From contig JAHDYR010000019.1 of NCBI GenBank assembly GCA_019828565.1, positions 55,984 through 119,983 of the forward strand: a stretch of 64,000 nucleotides of DNA, given 5' to 3'. This stretch comes from Carpediemonas membranifera BICM. Lineage: Eukaryota; Protista; Fornicata. Each line of letters starts with the position of its first letter. The stretch's first letter is position 1. This document shows, in pieces, positions 45,990 to 58,007 of this stretch. The notes under the pieces are model-generated. The model was not told where the DNA came from. It made no database searches and worked only from the letters and a program-made list of their open reading frames with translations. The position numbers and the translations under genes are program-made.

Positions 45990-46321
45990 GGACATGGTAA
46001 AGCAGTATTCTTTCAAGGAACAAGCAACATTTTCTTTATAATTCACAAGCCCTGGCTCCCACCCAGGGCCCGGCATTAGCTGAAACGCACTGCCGGTAGG
46101 CTGTAGCGGCAGCCAAAGGGGGGGTCACGTCATATCGTCCCCCTCCTAAGTACCCTGCCCGAAGAATGGAAGGTCACCAGGTGGTAACAAGGTTGGCCTG
46201 ACAAGGGTCACCGAGACCGGCATCTAGGCCCCTTGTCAGGACAAGGATAGCAGGAGAGGAGCGGGAAGCTGGGGCTCCCAAATTCTGGGAATTCGCAGGA
46301 TAAGGAAACAGGACAAAGGCA

Positions 46322-46947
46322 ATGGTAACCTACAAGATACTTAGTCTGAACACAGAGGGACACATAGGAAGAGGAAAGGACTTCACGGCGTCTATGGCAA
46401 CGGCGATTCAGCTAAGGTTGAAGGACATAGAGGCAGTACTCATACAAGAGACATGGAGAACGGCGAATACGAGGGTTCATTGCTTCATGGACCTTGACTA
46501 CGCACTAGCAGGGAGGGAGACGGAAGAGGACCTGGTCTTAGCCAACGAAAAACGAAAGGCGGATGTCAAAAGTCAGCACCGCATCAACCGACAACTAGGC
46601 ATAGCAGGCAATGACGAACCTGCGCCAAGATGGAAGGGAACAAGGGAAGGCATCGGCACGATAGTGAGCCCACACGCAACTGCAAAGTGGGACATCGGCA
46701 TATCGGACAGCCTATCGGGAAGAGTGCAAGCCAGCATAATGAGAACCGGCAGGGACATACTAGTCATCAACGTGTATGGCCCTCCATCCGGCCACAGCAA
46801 GCAGGAGAAGGATGGATTCAGGGACACTATACAGAAGATCATGGACATGAAAGGGAGCATGGAGGCCATAATTATGGGAGACTGGAACATCGACCCAGGC
46901 CAGATGGAAAGATCCACCCGGTGGAAGGATATGATGGAGAAGCACAG
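46322..46947 (+). CDS. APE-type endonuclease of LINE ORF2, N-part (interrupted by J)
   Basis: ILSLN, LIQETW, INVYGP, IIMGDWN. Confidence 0.9.
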
Positions 46948-47045
46948 TGTGAGCAGTTTAGGGTACCAACTACACGTGCGAACCCTATAAACAGTTTGTT
47001 TTGAAACCTTTAACCTCGACAAGATCACAGTGTACACTCATCTAA

Positions 47046-50000
47046 TGTCCGACTACATACCAAGACCTTTCTTACTAACACTAGAAGAACAGGCGTTCAC
47101 CAAGTTCCGATCGTCCTACCGTGCGTACCGAGCTCAACGCCTTGACGATCCTCTTCTCCATCCGACTGCCCTGATGGATCCTACGCCTCTTCTTCTCATC
47201 ACACGCCGTCTCAACGACAATCCGGCCGATCTTCCGGCGGATACTGTCTTGGACACAGTCTACCAAACATTCTATAGCCCCCGCAGTAACGTTCAAGCAC
47301 TAGCCAAGCTGAAGTCGCTGCGGTGCGCCCGAACGGGCCCCTTATCAACGCCTGCACAGCTTCTCAACCATATCGAACGCTTCGAAACTATCCGGAGCTC
47401 GTTCACAGCCGACGTCACACCACCAGAGAAGCTAATGGTGAAGGCATACCTGCAGGCACTTCCAGATCCTCTTGCGGAGCGTATCCGCATGGAGCAGCCA
47501 GATGACGTCGCAGAGGCGCAGGACCACGCCATTGATGAACTGGAGGAACTCCTTAACCTCCAGTCGCTCCTGCAGCCGGAACCGGCCCAGCCAGCTGGTA
47601 AGCGCCCGACTCCCGGCGCCGCCGCTGGGGCTAGACTACCCCAACGATCGTCTGCCCCTGCCACGGCTGTGGCCATACGGGCCACATCCGCCCCAACTGT
47701 CCCTATCAAGGACACAGAGATTTCTTCCGCTCTGGCGTGCGCAAGACTCCCATCCAGGGTCCGCCAGTCAAGCGCGAAAAGGCGAATCTGGCCGCCACTG
47801 ATCACGACGGCCTCATCTGTCGCCAAGCCACTCTCTATGTTCCCATCAACGAGAGTACTGCCACAGAGGTCTGTGCAGTACTTGATACTGGTGCAACTAT
47901 TGACCTCATCTCCCCCACGATAGCCGAATCATTTATCCAACGTGGCGCTCTTCCAGCCGTCGCTAACGTTCGTTTGGATACCGCGAACGGTCCAGTTTTC
48001 ATCAAGAGAGCTGTGTTCCTTGCCATGCTCATTGATGGCGTTCGCTCCATTCGGCCATTCTACATCCTCCCCTCTATGTCGGAGGATCTGATCCTCTCAA
48101 ACTCCACTATCCAAGATCTCTCCCTCTCCTTGGCCCCCAACGGCCGATGAGGAGACGATCGATGAGGATCACGCACCCGTCACTCGCCTAGATGAAGGAG
48201 AGCAGCTCCCTGACGTAGGTTCAACCGCGTCTGCCCTCCCGCCAGCCATCAGAGCCGTCTATGATGAGTATGCCGAAGTCTTCACCAGCCGTCCCCACCC
48301 AGACGGAGCAGACGTTCCCCCTATGGAGATAGAGCTGCTTGAGGGCGCCACACCGGCTGCTCAACCGCCGCGTCGTCTATCCCCTGCAATCCAGCAGGAG
48401 GTTGATGACCAGGTGAACGAGCTCCTTGCTCAAGGAATCGTCCGCCCCTCACGCTCTCCCTGGGCTGCACCCGTCTTTACTGTCCCCAAAAAGGGCGGTG
48501 CCCGCCGCCTCGTCGTGGACTACCGTCAGGCGAATGATCGCATCAAGCAAGTCAGTTTCCCACTTGCACACCAAGAAGAGCTGATGTCGCATCTCGCAGG
48601 CCAACGTTGCTTTGCGACGTTAGATCTCGTTAGTGGATACCACAAGATCCCACTGTCCGAAAGTTCCATTCCGATAACCGCGTTTTCAACTCCAACCGGC
48701 CTTTATGAGTATACGCGCGTTCCATTTGGCGTCAAAACGGCTCCTGCTACCTTCCAGGCCATCATGACCCAATTGCTCTCCAAGTTTGTCGGAACTACGT
48801 GCGAGGTCTTCATAGACGACATCATCATTCACGCATCAACCACGGACGAACTAGCTACACGCCTAGCTGAGATCCTTGCCGTTCTCAAGGAACATCGCTT
48901 CGTCCTTCATCCCAGCAAGTGCTGTCTGTACGCTGAGCAGGTGGAATACCTCGGCCATATCATCTCCCCCGAGGGAATCCGCATGTCCCCCGCCCGGGTC
49001 AAGGCCGTTCAGGCCATGGCTCCTCCTAAGGACATCAAGACCACGCGGGCCTTCTGTGGAGCGATGAATTATTTCCGTAGGTTCATCCCCAACCTCAGCT
49101 CGATCCTACAGCCACTATACGCCCCTCACCTCTGGGAAGGTCCGGTGGAAATGGACAAAGGAGGCCCAGACTGCTTTCGAAGAGAGCAAGAACCTCGCCG
49201 CCCACACGCCGTGTTTAGCCTTCCTGGACTACTCTGCCCCAATTATCGTTCGCACCGATGCTAGCGACATTGGCTGTGGAGGCGTGCTCCTCAACGTCAA
49301 GGATGGCGTTGAACACGTAGTCTCCTACTGTAGCCACGCATTCACCACCGCAGAGCGCAACTGGGCTGTCATCGAAAAGGAAGCCTTCGGCATCTTCTTC
49401 GCGGTTGTCGAGAAGTACTCCCCCTATCTCCTCGGCCACTCGTTCGCTATACAGACAGACCACCGTAACCTAGTTTATATGCGCCGTTCTACCACACCCA
49501 AGGTCGTCCGCTGGAACCTCAGACTCCAAGAGTTCGACTTTGTCGTTGAACACATCTCTGGCGTCTCCAACACCCTCACTGATGGCATATCCAGGTGCTT
49601 CATCGTCCAACCCCCGAGAATGCCCCTACACTCCAGCGACTTATCATAGCCTCTGTCCACAATGCCGTCGAGGGACACCTCGGCCGAGAGGCTACACTCC
49701 GCCTCCTTAAGGAACGAAACCTTGACTTCCGTGGAATGAGCAACGCTGTCGCCGAGTATATCAAGGCTTGCCCGATATGTCAGAAGAACGCCAGACTTCC
49801 CAAGCGCCTTCAGACAGGCCTCCGCCCTACCATGGGCGTCACCCCACGCTCCTGCTGGGCGTTTGATACGGTCGGGCCTTATCCTGCAGACTCCAACGGA
49901 TGCCGCTACGTTATCACCTTCATTGACACCTTCACACGCTTCGTAGAGCTGGTCCCATGCAAGGATGCTTCTTCTGCAGAGGCCCTTCGCGCTCTTATCT

Positions 50001-50881
50001 CCGTCACGGGACGCTACGGTACTCCGTCTTCTTTCCGAAGTGATCGCGGTTCTCAGTACCTTGCCACCGCTTTCCAACAGCTCATTAAGCTCTTCGGCGC
50101 CCAACACGTTGTCTCTCTTCCATACCACCCCAGAGCCAACGGGCTCGTCGAAAGAGCTAACGCCGAGCTCTCACGACACCTACGTACCATCACTCAGGAG
50201 CTGCGCGACGTTAACAACTGGTCCCTTTACCTCCCAGTCGTCCAGCGGATCATGAACACCACGATATGTGCCACCACGGGCATTGCCCCCGCACAGCTCA
50301 TGTTCGCTTCACAGAACGTCACCCCCTTCCTGTCGTCCGACGCCCACGTTGAGGAGGAGAAGAGTGAATACGGCCGCTTCTTTAGCCGTGTTCTCCAGGC
50401 CCAGCCCAAGCTCATTGAGACAGCACGCCAGCACCAAGAGAACGTCCTCTCGAAACGTCCGGCTTTCGGCGACGAGCCCCTTCCTATTGGCTCGAAGGTG
50501 CTTGTCACGCGCCCTTCGAAGCGCCCCACCAAGCTGTCTACTAAGCTCGTTGGCCCATACACGATCACTGACCGCGAGCACGACATCTACACCGTACACA
50601 ACCCCACTGCCGGCGCCACCTTCCAGTATCACGGTTCCCGGCTCGTGGAGTACGACGACTCCCTGGCCTTCGATGACATCACCGTCGCCTCCCTTGACGA
50701 CGACACCTACGAAGTCGAGGCCATCACCCGCCACCGTGGTGGCCCCACGAAGTCTACCCTCGAATTCCTCGTCGCCTGGGATGGCTACCCAGGCGCCGAT
50801 GAGTGGCTCCCGTACCACGAGGTCCGCGACCTCGAAGCCCTCGACATTTATGCCGAGGCTCACCCGGAGCTGCACCTTTAG
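47046..50881 (+). pseudogene. gag-pol: gag-pol of J unit 1 (several frameshifts)
   Basis: Knuckle CHGCGHTGHIRPNC, LDTGA, FIDD, RTDAS, CPIC, SDRGSQY, chromo YEVEAI...FLVAWDGY. Confidence 0.93.
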
Positions 50882-50987
50882 AGGGGAAGTGTGAGCAGTT
50901 TAGGGTACCAACTACACGTGCGAACCCTATAAACAGTTTGTTTTGAAACCTTTAACCTCGACAAGATCACAGTGTACACTCATCTAA

Positions 50988-53900
50988 TGTCCGACTACAT
51001 ACCAAGACCTTTCTTACTAACACTAGAAGAACAGGCGTTCACCAAGTTCCGATCGTCCTACCGTGCGTACCGAGCTCAACGCCTTGACGATCCTCTTCTC
51101 CATCCGACTGCCCTGATGGATCCTACGCCTCTTCTTCTCATCACACGCCGTCTCAACGACAATCCGGCCGATCTTCCGGCGGATACTGTCTTGGACACAG
51201 TCTACCAAACATTCTATAGCCCCCGCAGTAACGTTCAAGCACTAGCCAAGCTGAAGTCGCTGCGGTGCGCCCGAACGGGCCCCTTATCAACGCCTGCACA
51301 GCTTCTCAACCATATCGAACGCTTCGAAACTATCCGGAGCTCGTTCACAGCCGACGTCACACCACCAGAGAAGCTAATGGTGAAGGCATACCTGCAGGCA
51401 CTTCCAGATCCTCTTGCGGAGCGTATCCGCATGGAGCAGCCAGATGACGTCGCAGAGGCGCAGGACCACGCCATTGATGAACTGGAGGAACTCCTTAACC
51501 TCCAGTCGCTCCTGCAGCCGGAACCGGCCCAGCCAGCTGGTAAGCGCCCGACTCCCGGCGCCGCCGCTGGGGCTAGACTACCCCAACGATCGTCTGCCCC
51601 TGCCACGGCTGTGGCCATACGGGCCACATCCGCCCCAACTGTCCCTATCAAGGACACAGAGATTTCTTCCGCTCTGGCGTGCGCAAGACTCCCATCCAGG
51701 GTCCGCCAGTCAAGCGCGAAAAGGCGAATCTGGCCGCCACTGATCACGACGGCCTCATCTGTCGCCAAGCCACTCTCTATGTTCCCATCAACGAGAGTAC
51801 TGCCACAGAGGTCTGTGCAGTACTTGATACTGGTGCAACTATTGACCTCATCTCCCCCACGATAGCCGAATCATTTATCCAACGTGGCGCTCTTCCAGCC
51901 GTCGCTAACGTTCGTTTGGATACCGCGAACGGTCCAGTTTTCATCAAGAGAGCTGTGTTCCTTGCCATGCTCATTGATGGCGTTCGCTCCATTCGGCCAT
52001 TCTACATCCTCCCCTCTATGTCGGAGGATCTGATCCTCTCAAACTCCACTATCCAAGATCTCTCCCTCTCCTTGGCCCCCAACGGCCGATGAGGAGACGA
52101 TCGATGAGGATCACGCACCCGTCACTCGCCTAGATGAAGGAGAGCAGCTCCCTGACGTAGGTTCAACCGCGTCTGCCCTCCCGCCAGCCATCAGAGCCGT
52201 CTATGATGAGTATGCCGAAGTCTTCACCAGCCGTCCCCACCCAGACGGAGCAGACGTTCCCCCTATGGAGATAGAGCTGCTTGAGGGCGCCACACCGGCT
52301 GCTCAACCGCCGCGTCGTCTATCCCCTGCAATCCAGCAGGAGGTTGATGACCAGGTGAACGAGCTCCTTGCTCAAGGAATCGTCCGCCCCTCACGCTCTC
52401 CCTGGGCTGCACCCGTCTTTACTGTCCCCAAAAAGGGCGGTGCCCGCCGCCTCGTCGTGGACTACCGTCAGGCGAATGATCGCATCAAGCAAGTCAGTTT
52501 CCCACTTGCACACCAAGAAGAGCTGATGTCGCATCTCGCAGGCCAACGTTGCTTTGCGACGTTAGATCTCGTTAGTGGATACCACAAGATCCCACTGTCC
52601 GAAAGTTCCATTCCGATAACCGCGTTTTCAACTCCAACCGGCCTTTATGAGTATACGCGCGTTCCATTTGGCGTCAAAACGGCTCCTGCTACCTTCCAGG
52701 CCATCATGACCCAATTGCTCTCCAAGTTTGTCGGAACTACGTGCGAGGTCTTCATAGACGACATCATCATTCACGCATCAACCACGGACGAACTAGCTAC
52801 ACGCCTAGCTGAGATCCTTGCCGTTCTCAAGGAACATCGCTTCGTCCTTCATCCCAGCAAGTGCTGTCTGTACGCTGAGCAGGTGGAATACCTCGGCCAT
52901 ATCATCTCCCCCGAGGGAATCCGCATGTCCCCCGCCCGGGTCAAGGCCGTTCAGGCCATGGCTCCTCCTAAGGACATCAAGACCACGCGGGCCTTCTGTG
53001 GAGCGATGAATTATTTCCGTAGGTTCATCCCCAACCTCAGCTCGATCCTACAGCCACTATACGCCCTCACCTCTGGGAAGGTCCGGTGGAAATGGACAAA
53101 GGAGGCCCAGACTGCTTTCGAAGAGAGCAAGAACCTCGCCGCCCACACGCCGTGTTTAGCCTTCCTGGACTACTCTGCCCCAATTATCGTTCGCACCGAT
53201 GCTAGCGACATTGGCTGTGGAGGCGTGCTCCTCAACGTCAAGGATGGCGTTGAACACGTAGTCTCCCTACTGTAGCCACGCATTCACCACCGCAGAGCGC
53301 AACTGGGCTGTCATCGAAAAGGAAGCCTTCGGCATCTTCTTCGCGGTTGTCGAGAAGTACTCCCCCTATCTCCTCGGCCACTCGTTCGCTATACAGACAG
53401 ACCACCGTAACCTAGTTTATATGCGCCGTTCTACCACACCCAAGGTCGTCCGCTGGAACCTCAGACTCCAAGAGTTCGACTTTGTCGTTGAACACATCTC
53501 TGGCGTCTCCAACACCCTCACTGATGGCATATCCAGGTGCTTCATCGTCCAACCCCCGAGAATGCCCCTACACTCCAGCGACTTATCATAGCCTCTGTCC
53601 ACAATGCCGTCGAGGGACACCTCGGCCGAGAGGCTACACTCCGCCTCCTTAAGGAACGAAACCTTGACTTCCGTGGAATGAGCAACGCTGTCGCCGAGTA
53701 TATCAAGGCTTGCCCGATATGTCAGAAGAACGCCAGACTTCCCAAGCGCCTTCAGACAGGCCTCCGCCCTACCATGGGCGTCACCCCACGCTCCTGCTGG
53801 GCGTTTGATACGGTCGGGCCTTATCCTGCAGACTCCAACGGATGCCGCTACGTTATCACCTTCATTGACACCTTCACACGCTTCGTAGAGCTGGTCCCAT

Positions 53901-54823
53901 GCAAGGATGCTTCTTCTGCAGAGGCCCTTCGCGCTCTTATCTCCGTCACGGGACGCTACGGTACTCCGTCTTCTTTCCGAAGTGATCGCGGTTCTCAGTA
54001 CCTTGCCACCGCTTTCCAACAGCTCATTAAGCTCTTCGGCGCCCAACACGTTGTCTCTCTTCCATACCACCCCAGAGCCAACGGGCTCGTCGAAAGAGCT
54101 AACGCCGAGCTCTCACGACACCTACGTACCATCACTCAGGAGCTGCGCGACGTTAACAACTGGTCCCTTTACCTCCCAGTCGTCCAGCGGATCATGAACA
54201 CCACGATATGTGCCACCACGGGCATTGCCCCCGCACAGCTCATGTTCGCTTCACAGAACGTCACCCCCTTCCTGTCGTCCGACGCCCACGTTGAGGAGGA
54301 GAAGAGTGAATACGGCCGCTTCTTTAGCCGTGTTCTCCAGGCCCAGCCCAAGCTCATTGAGACAGCACGCCAGCACCAAGAGAACGTCCTCTCGAAACGT
54401 CCGGCTTTCGGCGACGAGCCCCTTCCTATTGGCTCGAAGGTGCTTGTCACGCGCCCTTCGAAGCGCCCCACCAAGCTGTCTACTAAGCTCGTTGGCCCAT
54501 ACACGATCACTGACCGCGAGCACGACATCTACACCGTACACAACCCCACTGCCGGCGCCACCTTCCAGTATCACGGTTCCCGGCTCGTGGAGTACGACGA
54601 CTCCCTGGCCTTCGATGACATCACCGTCGCCTCCCTTGACGACGACACCTACGAAGTCGAGGCCATCACCCGCCACCGTGGTGGCCCCACGAAGTCTACC
54701 CTCGAATTCCTCGTCGCCTGGGATGGCTACCCAGGCGCCGATGAGTGGCTCCCGTACCACGAGGTCCGCGACCTCGAAGCCCTCGACATTTATGCCGAGG
54801 CTCACCCGGAGCTGCACCTTTAG
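50988..54823 (+). pseudogene. gag-pol: gag-pol of J unit 2
   Basis: Near-identical to unit 1; the differences seen are homopolymer indels. Confidence 0.93.
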
Positions 54824-54917
54824 AGGGGAAGTGTGAGCAGTTTAGGGTACCAACTACACGTGCGAACCCTATAAACAGTTTGTTTTGAAACCTTTAACCT
54901 CGACAAGATCACAACAG

Positions 54918-55800
54918 GCTCAAAGCCATCATACCCAAGTCTGGGACACTCACATCAGGAACATCAACCCCGGACTTTGCAGTGACAACACCAGGAATCC
55001 AGGGGGCGGAGATTGAGGTGGTAGAGTCTCAGAAGGTCGGGGTATGGGGCTCAGCACACAATGGAATCACACTAGCATGGAAGGAACAACGGTACTATGG
55101 CAGAAGTGAGCGAGACGTGGCTCTGGCCATACCCGAGGTGCACACCTGGCCCATGAAAAAGAAGGAGGGGCCAGTCACAGTCTCAAAGCTGAACAGGATC
55201 AAGAGCTCGGACCAATGGGAAGAGACTATAAGAGCATGCATGGGCGACCCAGTGAACAACAGGGGAGCAAAGGCAAGGGACAAAGTGTTCGGGAACGGAG
55301 TGTGGAGCGAACTCCAGCGAACCCCATGGACAGAAATAGGCAACAGGACCTATGAGAGCCATCACAGAGCTGGCCCAAGGCGCTGACCTGAAGAGAGAAA
55401 TTAGCAGACTATGCCCCCTATGCTCGGAGGAGTCGGAGGTGAGCCTGTTCTACAGGATCATTAGGGAAAAGCCAGGACCAGCAAGGAAGCAGGAAATGAT
55501 CAGGGGAGTGGGCAGAGGGCCAGAGGCTAGGATCGGCAGCGCACATAATCTGTGAATGCCCGGCAGTAGACAGGGGAGAAGCTTGGACAAAGCTGTGGAC
55601 AGCAGCGAAGCACAAAACTAAGGACTTGGAAGTAAGGCAGGGCCCCCAGGGCGAATGGTACCAGGAAAGACCCATCCTAGAATTACAGCAACTAATAATA
55701 TGGGGCTCGGAGGACATTTGGGAAGGCCTCACGGCAGGACTACGGGAACTGGCAAAGGTTTACAACAGCTTCAAGGTGGAATAGAAGCATGTCATGAACC
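54918..55800 (+). pseudogene. LINE ORF2 remainder: APE C-terminus joined to C-terminal Cys/His domain, RT missing
   Basis: TPDFAV...SAH (SDH-like), then CPLC...HIICEC within ~0.6 kb; no YADD or other RT motif found. Confidence 0.75.
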
Positions 55801-56697
55801 CCTGACTCCAGGACCGGGAAGGGATGGACAAGGAATCAGCCATGGACCACCCTCGCTGGTGCTAAGCTCCTGGGATCAGTGAGGAAAGGCCCCACGTATC
55901 CCGGTAGCCAGGAACCAAAGCAAGGGAAGGAACGACTGCAAGGAAATAACAGGAAGGACAGACCAGAAATAAGAAAGAAAGGACATGCGACAAGGACAGA
56001 GCAAGGATAAGGTCAAGGAAATCCATATTCATATGGTTGCACCACTCGTTGGGACCCCAAGGAAACTGCAGGGACTGGCCACGGGGGTCGGAGGGGCACA
56101 GGTGCCCCTGCCGCCCTTGTTAACGACATGGGAAACCAAGGACATGTAGTGCAAGCGAAATGTTGTAAGGGGTAACAGGACAACCAGGCCTAGTGCCTGG
56201 GGCTGCCGCTGACCCACGCCACCTAACCGGGGTAGACAGCATGGACTTAGTCACTTTCCCCGCCTTCGGGTAGGCTTCTTAACAGAGTCGAGGGGGCATG
56301 GAATTGGGGAACCGGACAGACGAGAGGGTGCCGTGGCTGAACGGCTCTGCAAGGACTGCAGGGAAGCAAGGAGTGTCATAGTCAAGGTTCTGCAGGACGA
56401 TCCTGCCTGTCAATGCCCCGAGGACAGACCCCCAGGCTCCCCGGATAGTTGCCGGACTTTCAGGGAGACAGGAAAGCATATTTGCACGGAGATGGCCGCA
56501 GGGCCTCTGGGGCGATTGGAATCGGCTTTCCGCGGAGACAGTAGCACCGAAAGCCCAAGGCAAACGCTGCTGACCAGTTTGCCACGGGAAATAGGCAGTA
56601 CCCCGGGGCACTCAGCTCCAAGACAACGGGAAACAAGCTCAGTCCGGGGTCAGAATCCAAGCACCATAAATTTCTTTCTTTCTGGTGTCGAGTAGAA

Positions 56698-57859
56698 GTA
56701 GCTCGGCGTTAAATGTACAAGTGCGCGGGGTGAACGATGATGGTTGCAGCTTAATCGTAGCGTTGACTCGACCCTGTGACTGTTTCTCGCCGCCTGCTGT
56801 TGCGACACGCTCCTGCGTGGTGGAGATGACCTCGAGCTTGGCTGCGTGGCGAGGGTGGATGCTTGACACGTTAGCTCCCGAGTCTAATAACGCTGTCAGC
56901 TTCTGCTTGCCTACTGAAACCGGAACGAGTGGTAGGTTGATCTTGGACTTGGACTGATCTGCACTGATAGAGAGAGAATATTGCGGAGATTTATCCCGAC
57001 AATATCTCTCCAGGTGACCAGTCTTCTTGCAGATCGAGCACGTGTGCTTCGGCTTGGGGCACTTGTGCCATGCGTGCTTGCCGCCGCAGTTCCAGCAGGT
57101 GTAGTCGCGCTTCTTGTCAGTGCTACTGGGATGGGGCTTACGCTCTGACTTATCCCGGTTCAGCGTCTTGTTGCTTCCCTCCTCAGACGGCAGCGGCTGG
57201 CGATAAGGATGGCCGTTGCGGCCTGCTCTCTTTCTGTTACCGCTAGGATGGCCGCCTGTCGGGTGAATGCTCTTGGGGTGCTTCTGTCCGTCTCCTAGGT
57301 ACGCTTCTCTCAGCTCTTCGCCGTCCCGCAGCTCGGTGCTAATGGCGAGTACCTGAGGCATGGCATCACTCAGAGTGGAATCTTCGATCAACTCTTGAAT
57401 GCGGTACATAGTTCTGCCTGTTCCCTGCTTGAAGCAGCGGGCGTACGTCTTACACAGTGTCTCCTGTGATGACTCGGGTTGCAGAATAGCCAGCAATGTC
57501 TGAAAGCGCTTGTTGATGCGTACCACCTCGCTAGGCGTGAAGGATGTGGCGTTCAAGCGGAAGTATTCAAGCCTTGCTACCTCGTGGCGTGGTCTAAAGG
57601 CCTTGCCGAGACGCTTGACACAAGCGATGTCTTGTTCGCGCCGGCGTGTAGTCTTGGTCTTGATGAGCGCCACGGGAGGATCGTTGTCGTCCGTGCCGAG
57701 TACTCCGTCAACGTAGTCACGGACGCAGCTGTCTATTAGGCGGTCTGAGCGCTGTTTTCCGCCGAGTGCTCGATAATCTTGGAGCGCTTCCACGAACGTG
57801 ACTAATTCAGCCACGGACGTGCCCTTTAGTATCGGCGCTTTGGCCTTCCCGTATACCAT
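56698..57859 (-). CDS. gag: Gag-protease N-part of H
   Basis: CWNCGGKHAWHKC, CSICKKTGHLERYC, LLDSGA; the frame continues (LLDTDFDLILG) at 41997. Confidence 0.93.
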
Positions 57860-58007
57860 GTTGGTGGGATTAGTACTAATGTAGCCTTATGGCTAGGGAA
57901 AGATTGTTTAATATAAGAAAACCCATGATGTGGTGAATATGGTCAATACTATATAAATCTATGAAATGGTAATCCTATGTAACATTGGGTAAGACCCACT
58001 GCACCGC

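Larger units (their letters stand above)
46948..54913 (+). mobile_element. Tandem dimer of chromovirus-like element 'J' sharing a central LTR (unit 3942 bp)
   Basis: 82-bp LTRs at 46948-47029, 50890-50971 and 54832-54913; TSD ACAG; PPT AGAGGGGAAG. Confidence 0.97.
42012..56683 (+). mobile_element. Non-LTR (LINE-like) retrotransposon, ~6.7 kb without the J insert, lacking RT
   Basis: 14-bp TSD GGTGTCGAGTAGAA (41998-42011 and 56684-56697), (TTTC)n tail 56671-56683, APE endonuclease and C-terminal Cys/His motif. Confidence 0.9.
37005..58003 (-). mobile_element. Full-length chromovirus-like element 'H' (interrupted in its protease by the LINE)
   Basis: Identical 124-bp LTRs 37005-37128 and 57880-58003; TSD CCGC; PPT GGAGGGGCAG. 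Confidence 0.96.

Noticed and set aside
50268-50894. Many 60-220-aa ORFs overlapping gag/pol on other frames or strands
   Set aside because: Shadow ORFs expected in GC-rich coding DNA; no motifs or cross-family conservation.
2954-58003. CRISPR-like or satellite array from the recurring short repeats
   Set aside because: The repeats are kb-spaced LTRs with TG...CA ends, PPTs and TSDs.
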